A stretch of DNA of 64,000 nucleotides, from NCBI GenBank assembly GCA_051362555.1, contig CM120640.1, positions 41,580,788 through 41,644,787 on the forward strand, in the 5' to 3' direction. Each line of letters begins with the position of its first letter. Positions within the stretch are counted from its first letter, which is position 1. Source of the DNA: Lingula anatina (Eukaryota > Animalia > Brachiopoda). The notes beneath the pieces were generated by a model. That model did not search any database, was not told the DNA's origin, and worked only from the letters and a program-made list of their open reading frames with translations. Shown here one piece after another: positions 50,001 through 60,013 of the stretch. The translations under genes and the position numbers were made by a program.

Positions 50001-52378
50001 ATTACATGTATTTTTCAGTAAAATATTCAATTACATAATTTCTACATTGAAAAACAACCAGCAAGAAGAATAATAGTTAAACATAATTTCCTCATAGAGA
50101 AATGTTATCGCTCACTGACACCACAAGATGCACTTAATATAACATTTATACTGTCATATCATCTGACATTTGAAGAAGGCACTTAACCATATTTCAATGA
50201 ACTACAAAAGTGCCCATGTGGAAAGAAGTTTTCAATTTGTATTAAAATATGTAGTCAGTAAAATAAGTTTTATTATAGTTTACCAGATTTCTATAAGAGA
50301 GGTGACAGCTGTGAAAACCACACAGAGATGAACAGGATGGGAAACACTACCACACCTACAAGATAATACATGGAACTCAAGCTATAAAGACTTGAAATCA
50401 GTGCTTCAAAATCATTTCAAACTCTATAGCATTAGTATACACAAAAGTAAAGAAGGGAATACAATTTATCAGTTTAGATTAACTGAAAAAAAGTCAAAAC
50501 AGACATGTTAAACTTAAAGCTTTGGAATGGAACTTCAAACATCAACTGGCCTAATTAAAAATTTGCTGGGTTATTTGCAATTCAATGTTAGATGGTTTAA
50601 ACTCAAAATAGTAAAAAACTTGTACAGCAAATTGACAAGTCAGTTTCCACACTGTTTATGACAAATATACACAATAGACTATAGATAAATAAAAAAAAAT
50701 TTTAAAAACTTAGTTACACTTGTATAAATAAGGGCTCTTAACTTCTACAAGCAATAAAATATGCCTCTCCAAAATCCTCACCAAATACTTATGAACAGCT
50801 GGTGAGAGATCAGGCTTTTACCAGAAAGCCCCTTTACGATAGTAAACCACCTGTTCTGTGCATAAAACACGCTGAAATCAGCTGATCGTGAAATACCCTG
50901 CAATCAAATTTAATTGCTACAGCTTGCACTGTAGTAGAATAATGTTGTTTAGTGAATAATCTTATAGCATGTTCAACATGTCCATTTAAATTCAGGGTGA
51001 GAGACGTTACTGACCCATGAGTAACAGCTAGTTGTCATTTTCAGGCCAATTGTTTCAGAAATACTAAGTGTATTTATAGAAATTGGCCTCAGTTACCTCA
51101 AAAATGTGCAATAGCCCAGGCACATGATGAGGTAGAGCCTCAGCAAGTTTGCAATAGTGTTGCACTGTTTGAACTTAAATAAATCCTCAAAATATAAGAT
51201 TTAAAGTAAATCCCATCCTTACAAAAGCACATAAATTTCAAATAAAAAATTCCCACTACATTCTCAGGGGTATTTTTTTTAATCAAGCAATATTAAGCGG
51301 AAGGGCACTTAAAGAAGCAGTACTCTGCATCCATAAACAATAAATAAACAGTATACAAATAATAAAATAATATATAAGTAAAAGATTTAGGGTTAGAAAC
51401 TTGTCAAAATAACTTACAAGTAGGTGTTATTCATCACTTCAAAATCTTACAGCAATCTTTTTTTAGGATCTACATAGGGACATTTCCTTTATGCAAATGT
51501 CCAAGGCCAACACGGGCAATATTTGAATCATCATGTGATTATCCATTCAATGTGGGTAAACAAGCTATAAGGGCAATGTGCTAACCTCATTCGCAAACAG
51601 AACAATGGAGAGAACAGAACAGGTAAGGTTTTTTGTTGAGGTATTTAATTTGGGATTATTTTCAATGATTAAAGCAACCTATGGTAGTGTTGTTGTTGTT
51701 TTTTTTTAATTATAAAATTGGGTTTCTTATCTTCAGGTTGGTTAGAACTTGTAAAAACAAAATTTAAATGCTACTTCATAGCTGAAATAAAATATTTTAT
51801 CTAGCAATTTAGTTATATACGATTAACAGTAAGTTTTTTGGTGATATTTCACTTGCTTATCCTACATCACATGTAATAAAAACTAAGAAACTGTCCCACT
51901 AAATAAAATCTAGAAAGTATAGTTTTATCTAAATAAGTAAGAAGGTTAGATTTAAATGCATTCTTATCAAACACTTCCACATGTAAGATTGTAATTTTTG
52001 CTACAAGACAGTGTTAAAAAACAGAGTAGTATTCAAAGCTTTGTGTGAGCTTAAAAGTACAGAATTATGAAGTATAAAAGATTTCAATCAACTGATAAGT
52101 ACATGAACAAACAAACAAACAAAAAAACCTTCACTCTGTGAATGGCACTCCCTAAAACAAACCTCATCTTCTGTGATTTGGTAAGTGGCCCTGTGACTCC
52201 CCCTGGGACTCCCCCTGGGACTTCCTCTGAGACTGACACTGTCCCTACTTCTCTCCCCATCTGAACTGTTTCCTAGCCTGTCAATGCTCCACTGTGAAAC
52301 TTGTGTAGTGTCAAACAGGTGTTTTTCTGGGGTGGGATCCAAGGGGTGGATGGACAAATTGCTTTGCCTCTTAAACAT
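32077..52378 (-). CDS. Transient receptor potential melastatin (TRPM) family cation channel, >20 exons
   Basis: N-terminal RCHCG and INAFGKIEF; SLOG/MHR motifs PSLVISVIGGAKNF, AWIITSGCNTGVMKAVG, LNPSHTHFLLVDNG, PVVVCEGTGRAADILA; ELFLWAVFFNR; WGQQNCLEVA; S1-S6 with pore PYWQIYGELFLDEI; LLLNLLIAIF; TRP box IWKF..LPPPF. The probable ATG is at 52378 and the stop at 32077. The subfamily was not assigned. Confidence 0.93.
33645..33783 (-). CDS. TRPM alternative exon B (mutually exclusive with exon A)
   Basis: 139 nt, AG/GT flanked, phase 1 to 2; encodes (G)KDQKLTERQRRALVGFEKECQKLHMQNQLDRECAQTDNVIKTIKD(R). Confidence 0.8.
35326..35461 (-). CDS. TRPM alternative exon A (mutually exclusive with exon B)
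   Basis: 136 nt, AG/GT flanked, phase 1 to 2; encodes (V)NTKTLEHQRRMLGAFEKDSVKSYMRKTREKAELDPSMLTLVVKR(R). Confidence 0.8.
38320..39490. repeat. ~146-bp tandem repeat, ~8 copies
   Basis: The AAGTAGGTCA(A/G)AGGTCAATTT anchor recurs at ~38661, 38806, 38952, 39098, 39244 and 39390, with more degenerate copies at ~38387 and ~38521. Confidence 0.9.
40183..40253. repeat. 9-bp GC-rich minisatellite (GAGCCGCAG / GAGCCGGCG)
   Basis: About 7-8 tandem units near the 5' end of the HINE element. Confidence 0.85.
44089..44256. mobile_element. Short degenerate hAT-like MITE
   Basis: CCTGCCCATAGCCAG ... CTGGCTATAGGCTTG imperfect TIR. The flanks TAATAATA / TAATATTT resemble a decayed 8-bp TSD. Confidence 0.45.
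44677..46544. mobile_element. Non-autonomous TIR DNA transposon with internal tandem repeats (8-bp TSD, Merlin/hAT-like; a TA-TSD reading is also possible)
   Basis: TIR CGGTAAAGTCTTGAAAATTTCGTCG / CGACGAAATTTTCAAGACTTTACCG. Flanks are TATACATA / TATTCATA. Contains an internal ~144-bp near-perfect duplication (~45387, ~45531) and GGAGATCGTT subrepeats. Confidence 0.85.
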
Positions 52379-53059
52379 CCTGAAAAATAAAACATACATG
52401 AAATTAAAAATAAACTAATATACATGTATTTACGGGTTTCACTATGAAGGTAAAAAATAAGGCAAATATGGAAATATGAAAATGAACAACCCAACCTGCA
52501 TATTAGGTGTGAAAACTAAGACTCTAAATCCCTTTACTTTTCAACTATACATGTGACACTGTTAAAAATGTAAAGAGTGCATTGTCTAAATTGTGAAAAA
52601 TATCTGTCCCATCCTACATGCAGTTACTAGTACACACATTTCAACTGCCTTGCATATTTATGGTACTTCTGTACTATATATCTGTTTCAAGCATGGGTAG
52701 TTTTCGTCTTAATGGTTTTTGCTCTGACTCTTGCATGATCACTAAACATTTTTATAATAGATAGATAGATAGATAGATAACACATTCTGAAGCCCATGTT
52801 TTCTAGCCTAGAAACTGTATCACTGTGTGGGGGGAGGGGGGGGGGGGAGAGTTTTACCAAGGAGTTATAACAGAAGGTCCTTCTGTTATAACTCCTTGGT
52901 TTTACCAAATGTACATGTTATGTATGTGGCCCCTATATTTTCAAATCTAACTAAGCACTAAGTTAACAATTTAAGTTTTACAATATCGCATTCGAAATGA
53001 CTTCCATTAAACACCGCTGGTACTAAAATATTACTCACCTTAACAGGATATTCGATCAT

Positions 53060-53480
53060 TTTCCGCCGTTTCCATGCAAACAAATGTCTAGTGGAGCATC
53101 TGTAAGCTTATCCGGTGTAATGTGTGTTATGTGCGCCGAAAGGAAATTAGAGTAACTCTGGTTATCACAAATAAAGTTTTGAACAATTCATATGGGTTCA
53201 AATTCCAAATAATTTCATTCTAAATATATATTAGAGAATAGTTTTTACAATTCAAGCGATTTTATTTTAGATTAAATATTAATAGTAAATTCCCAATTCC
53301 CTTTCGAACGCATCTGCGCAATTCAAGTCTGCGCATATCCTATGTAAACACCATTTTAAAATCCGAATGCACGCCGCGAGTGACATCGTAGTGTCAGTCC
53401 TTGTGAAGACGCTTTTTTGATACTACTTTACTTTAATGGTTTAATTAATATGTGAAGAATAAGGGGAATTGTTGAAATAA
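53060..53480. promoter_or_regulatory. Bidirectional promoter of TRPM and the C10orf143-like gene
   Basis: Local CpG retention; minus-strand first-exon donor at 53038 and plus-strand donor at ~53485; X-box-like GTTTCCATGCAAAC (53068-53081); two TGCGCA (NRF1-like) motifs at ~53315-53336. Confidence 0.6.
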
Positions 53481-53936
53481 GGAGGTAAGCCTCGTGGGAC
53501 ACCATGAGAATGAATAAGTGAAGACATATCGTTCAAAACACCCTCGCATTATTTTTCACACTTTACACTGACCTACTAGTATTTGTAGCTAATACTTTAT
53601 AGTAATACACTCGAACTGCATTTACCAGTGCATGGTTATCGTACCGGCGGGCCCGCAAGTCTTTCTTAACTGAAGTAATATATACTGGCATGCACTTGTA
53701 GATTCTCCAGCACAGTGAATGTAACATTTAACATCTAGGGAAAGAGAGATAAATAGTACCAGCTAGTGGTCTACCTAAGGCTAAGTGCCCACATGTTATA
53801 AAATAAATAATATGAATAAACAAAAGAAAGTTCTAAGCATTATTACATTAACTGTGATTTACAAGATAGAACAAGTTTAAAGACTAAAAAAACAATAGAA
53901 TGACTTTCTTTGATACTATTACAGGAAGAAGAAGAA

Positions 53937-55719
53937 ATGGCTTTGAATAGAAAGCGAGGAAGTAGTTTTTTAAATCAGACAGATGTAGAAAACAGCAATA
54001 CAAACCACAAGGACAGTACACATTTATTACAGGTATATTGTAATGTCAAAATAATGTATAAGGGCTCTTAAATTAAAGTTTGATATTTCTTTAGTTTTGT
54101 TTACATGAATATAGTAAGACATTAAGTCAGTTGAATTTTAATGCTGTTTGTATTACTGTTGAACATTCCAAACTGCATATTTGTTTTTCCAAAAATGCTG
54201 TTTTTGATAGAACTAGAGAAAAACATAGGACTAGCTTTTCTGATTTATCACATTATTGATAAACACCAATAATTTCAGAAAAGACCTTGTTATGATCTCA
54301 GGGTATCTGCTCACATTACCCATTTATCAGGTAATTGATTTATAAAATAATCCAATTTTAATTTCTCTTAATTAACCAATTAAGCTGATTTAAACTTAAA
54401 GACTAATGCTCATAACTCCATTTCTTTACTTAAAATACATTTCTTGTAACCCTCTCTGAATTGTATAGATCTATATAAACTTGAATGTCAGCCTTTAGAA
54501 GTATCAAGTGACACAGTATGTCACAAAATGTTTTATTCACTTATCACTTTAAGATTTGTTTAAGTGAAAGTTTTACTATGCAGCAGTGGTGTGCAATTTT
54601 GTGGAAGGCAGGATTTAGAAATTGCATATATTTCAATTGATGACAATAATGTGGCCATTACTGAGTATTTTTTTCAGGAAATAATGAATCCACATTTAAC
54701 ATGAATATCAACAACCGTGTCTTCTCTCAAAACCAAACTGTCACAGCTGAATCCATGGAGGTAAGTTTTGACAATGGTCAGGAATAATAATATATTTAAA
54801 GTCAGAAATAAACTGTTCCATATTATTTTCACCTTATATAACCTCAGAGAAGAAAAAAAATCAATTCACCACATTTTAACCATACTGAACTAAATTTTTA
54901 AAACAGAAAAATGTATGAAATAAATAGTGAAACTATCCTTTGATGGCAGTACATCTGAATTATTGGATGGATAGGTATATAGCAGTTGATATTGATTATT
55001 AGTAATTTATAGTTTAAAAAGCCAGTATAATTACAGCAGGTATTTGAATTTCAAACACTTATGTTTCAGGTGAGCACTGCACCACCAGTGTATTACTCTG
55101 ACATAAACTGCTCTATACAGGGTTTACACCTGTACCCAGTAGTGAGGAGGAGGTGTGTGCGCTGTCTGGCAGGAGAATCTGTAAGTGTTTCTTTCCATTA
55201 TCATTCTGACCGAAAATTAGATCTCAACTTGAAGATCAATATTTTAGTTTAAACTCTGTCCCAAGCTAAATCAATGGCATTACAATGCAAGGGGTTTTTT
55301 TTAACATGAAAGAATTGGCTAGTGTTAGTTAATATTTTATTTTGTTAGTGGACTACTGTGGAATTACCTTGAACTGAAATAGACTCAAAATTATGGTATG
55401 ACCAACTTTTGGTCAAGAGTTATTTTGTTAAAGCAGCCCCTTGTATTTGAAATGTCTTTGGCAATGACATTATTTGCAGGTCCTGCACCGTTTTGAAACT
55501 TGGGATAACAATTTTCAGTCCCCAAACCCATTATAAATTGCTCTGCAATTAAGAATTAATCAAGTGTATGGCAGTTAAGAATTTTTAATTTTTTTTCATT
55601 AATTTACAATGTGAAATAGTGAATTGAGAGAAGATTGATTCAGCTTCAGTTAGTATTATTTAATAATAATGGGCATTTATTATCTTTTACAGGGTCACAT
55701 TAATCATGTTCTTGGCTGA
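53937..55719 (+). CDS. Small uncharacterised protein, C10orf143-like (122 aa, 5 coding exons)
   Basis: Exons 53937-54032, 54279-54330, 54678-54760, 55070-55180 and 55693-55719 splice in frame: MALNRKRG...KRPC...RRCVRCLAGES|GHINHVLG*. The C-terminal C-x-R-C-x-AGESGH-x-x-H motif matches my recollection of vertebrate C10orf143. Confidence 0.8.
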
Positions 55720-57098
55720 ACAACACCAGTTATGGTCCATCGAAGTGGAGTGGTCAGTTCCTTCTTACTGATCCTTGAAATAATATCCATGAATTACTTG
55801 AAGAAATGTAGTGTGGGTTCATGCCACAAAAAGAGGACATTGTATGCTCTAGATCTCATTGTATTTAGGAATCAGGATGGTCAATTTAAACTTTGCCACT
55901 AGGATTGAATGTTTGTCATACTTTCACTGCCTCTGAACTTGCTCTAAAAGGATTGTGAAGTTTAATTATTAGTACAGTGTACTATGTAATCTATCATGTA
56001 ACATTTCTTAGTAGACAATATTTTAAATCCATGACAACACTTCTCAAATTAAGTATGATATCATATTAGCATATACCAAAATCTGATTTAATATGGACTC
56101 TAGTCAGTCTGATTTCTACATTTTATAAAAGATTGCACAGTGGAATCTCCACATAACCACTTTGTAAAATTGGATTAAAAATAGTTTTTAGTATGTGATT
56201 ATAAGTTAATTTTATATGCGTTCATTTAGCTGTATAGGATTTAGAATTTAGTTATATACATTTTGTTTAAGAATTTTATATCAGTTTATAATATTAGCAT
56301 TAGGGAAGTCAAAGTAAAGAAACTTCCCATTTGATATTTTCCAATTTTACTCAGTTGAGATGATGCCCCTCAATAAAGAAATACTCCCAAAGAATATATT
56401 GTATGATTATGCTTTGTGAAATTTAAATTAATCAATCATTAAAGATATCACTAATCTGCTTTTTTATGGCATCAATTGAAGTCAAATAATGTTTAATGAT
56501 GTTTAAGTTGCATGTGAATTGAGGGCCTTGTAATACATTTATACCATTACTACCAGTTCCTTATATGACTCAGTCCACGTCAGAGGATAGAGCAGATAAA
56601 TCATGAGGTGAGCAAAAAACTAAAACTGCTCCATCTTCATATTTCATAAATTTGTCCCTCCAGGATGTAGAAATCCCCAAATGATGTGGTAATGTATAGT
56701 GTGTGCAAAGCATAATTATTCAAACGAGTATAGGTAAATATAGGTACCATATGAAACCATTTCGTGGTATTTGGTCTGGTTAAGTGGCAAGTACTTAACA
56801 ATTTAATTTAAGATGCACATTAATATTAACAGATGCTGTGTCACCTTTACAAACTTTTTGTCACATGCAGTACATACGTTAGCATCAATATTTTTTCTGA
56901 AAGCAAATTTGGTTCTGGGCAAAGTGACACCAATTTTTCACTTGCTGTCCAGTTTGGTGCATGTTTGCCTGATGGATTACACTTTCACCAAGATTCACAG
57001 CAAAATCATTACTATTACTTATATTTATCGTACTGAAAAATTGGATCTATTAACGTTAAAACTTTGAATTACTGATGAGTTAAAAGCAACAAAATAAT

Positions 57099-59781
57099 TA
57101 GTCCGGTTGCTTAGGGTAAAAAAATGGCCAAATCGTGACACAGCGGATAAAAGCACCAAATTTTGCATGTGGGTACCTTTTGACATACTAAATCAAATTA
57201 GAGCCGTAGCCCACGGAAAAAAATTACCGTTTGGCCAAAAAATCCAAAATGGCCGCCAATTTGTGAAATTTTGTAGAAATATATACATTTCTATGTTGAT
57301 TTTTATCAAATTAAGTATTTTCTCAATGTTTTCCACATCCTTATTACCCATATTATGCATATGTGTCAGATAACAAACTAGTGTCCTTGGACTTATTGAA
57401 AAATCCAAGATGGCCGCCGTATGGCATAGGAATACTGGAACATGTACAAGGGTTTTCAACTAACTAATGCCAACTAGGAAGATGCATTGCCCACTATCTA
57501 ATTAACTTTGTTTCATATTACACAAATAATATATTTGTGGTGAGTAACTAACTTTTATTCACAGGCAATTCGAGAAAAATCCAAGATGGCCCCCATATCA
57601 AAGGAATATTAGTATACACATAGGACTTATTCTGCCATGGAGATATAATATTAAGTGATAAATAAGATTTGTTTCTGAGTATTTTCCACATCTTTTTAAT
57701 TCACATAATATATATGTGATGAGAATTTTATGTGTATCCTTTTTGAAAACAAAACAAAACAAAATGGCTGCCATTAGCCATAGAAGGTGGGGTTCAGTTA
57801 ATACCTGCGATAGATAGGCTTACAAATAAGCTGAATTCAGTTGTTATTCTGTTTTTTTTTTTAGTATTATTATCCCGTGATACATATCTGTTAGGTATTT
57901 AATGTCCATATTTTAACATTTTGGGGAAATCCAAAATGGCCTTCTTTTCCACATAGGAAAACTGGTGTATTAGATTTTATAGGCACTTCTAAGGCAAATG
58001 AGGGTAATCATGATATTTTTTCAAAATACTTAAGGGTATGCACTTGTTACCCACCAGATAGATATCTAAAAGTCCAAAAAGAATGTGGGAAATACCGAGA
58101 AACAAAATTCATTTTATATTGAACCCAATGTCTCTCTGGTAGTAGTTGACTCTACTATTCCTATTGTGAATTGCAGCAATGATTCTTGAATTTTCTCAAA
58201 TACGCAAGATGCACACTTGCTACACACCGGATTTATAAAGAGTAAGGTTAATAAGGATGTCAACATGTTTAAACATCAAACGGCTTTATTTCATGTTGGA
58301 ATCAATGTCTTAACTGTTCTATTAATTGACACCTATGTGCATTTGAATGATATATTCCTATGACAACTGGCAGCTATCTTTGGTTTTCTCCGAATATTAC
58401 TCAAGGATACATACACTTTCAAAACACACAGAGTCTTTCATAAGGATAAATAGGATATGAAGAACATTTAAAAACGACCCAAAGTTAACTACATTTAAAT
58501 CGTACTCACTGTATCTCTAGCATTATTTGATTATGTGTTCGAATATTCTAATGACAAAAGGCAGACATCTTGAATTTTTTCAGAATACCCAAAGATACAC
58601 ACATGCTACAGACCAGGTATACATCATAGGGGTAATAATAAATGGAATGAAAAACATAAATTATTTTTAAAACAAACCCTTGGTAATGTAATTGTATAAT
58701 GAACCATATGCCCCTCTAGCAGCAATTGAAACCCACCCATTAGTATTCCTATGTTAAATTGTAGGTATCTTTTTCTCAGAATATCCAAGGATGCACACTA
58801 TTCACCCACCAGATAGATATATCATAGGACTAAAAAGGATGGGCAAAACTTTATAAGCAAACACAAATTCACCCTGGCAGTAGATGAAAAGCTATGGGTG
58901 TGCAGTTGTAATTCCAGTAGTATTCCTATGGCCAGTGACGGCCATCTTGGGTTTTCTCAAAATGATCAAATATGCACATTTATTACCTGCTAGATATGTA
59001 TCACAGTGTAATAATAATGTGTAAAACACTAAAAAAATAAACTGAATTTGATAGTGAATTAGCTGGCATTATTCTAACCCTTTGTAATACTAGAAGTATT
59101 CCTATTACATATGACGGCCATCTTGGATTTTCTCACAATGCCCAAGAATACTGTTAGTTGCTCACCACAAACATATTGTGTGGGAAGAAAGGATGTGGAA
59201 AACACTCAGAAACCAGCTTAAATTGATAGTGAAAAATAATCTTTCCAGTTGCCATTAGTTGAATCCCCCGTATACTAGAATTCCTGTGGCACATGGCAGC
59301 CATCTTTGATTTTCCAAAATGCCCAAGAACACTTCGTAGTTACTCACCACAAACATATTATGTGGGTAACAAAGATCTGAGAAACAGACTTAATTTGATA
59401 GTGGACAACGTATCGTTCTAGCTAGTAATAGTTGTGCACAAGTATTCCTATGGCTGTTTCTATGGCAAATGACAGCCATCTTGGATTTTTTCAAAAGGTC
59501 CAAGGGAACTTGTTTGCTATCTGACATATATGAATAAAATGGGTACTAAGGGTGTGGAAACCTCTGAGAAAATAATTTATTTGATAAAAATCAATATAGG
59601 TATGAACATATTTCTAAAGAATTCAATAAATTGGCGGCCATTTTGGATTTTTTGGCCAAACGGTAATTTTTTTCCGTGGGCTACGGCTCTAATTTGATTT
59701 AGAATGTCAAAAGGTACCCACATGCAAAATTTGGTGCTTTTATCCGCCGTGTCACGATTTTTTCCCTAAGCCACCGGACTA
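57099..59781. mobile_element. Academ-like non-autonomous foldback DNA transposon
   Basis: Termini TAGTCCGGTTGCTTAGGG / CCCTAAGCCACCGGACTA; 3-bp AAT duplication (57096-57098, 59782-59784); ~300-bp long TIRs; internal ~160-190-bp degenerate repeats that switch orientation mid-element. Confidence 0.85.
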
Positions 59782-60013
59782 AATTGTTTTTAAGAAAAAA
59801 TGAAAATCACCAACTTAAAATTTATTTATTTATTATGCAGTGAAAACCACAAGTAACTTGTCACTTTCATCAGTTATGACTTTTTTTTTTTAATCTCTCA
59901 AACTAAAGGTCTTCTTTATTTTCCTTAGGTTACAGTTTTATTTCCACTCCTTATATTGTCAGGGAAAACCCTTCATCTTAAAAAATTAGCATCAGCTGAT
60001 AAGGTTGGCTGAG

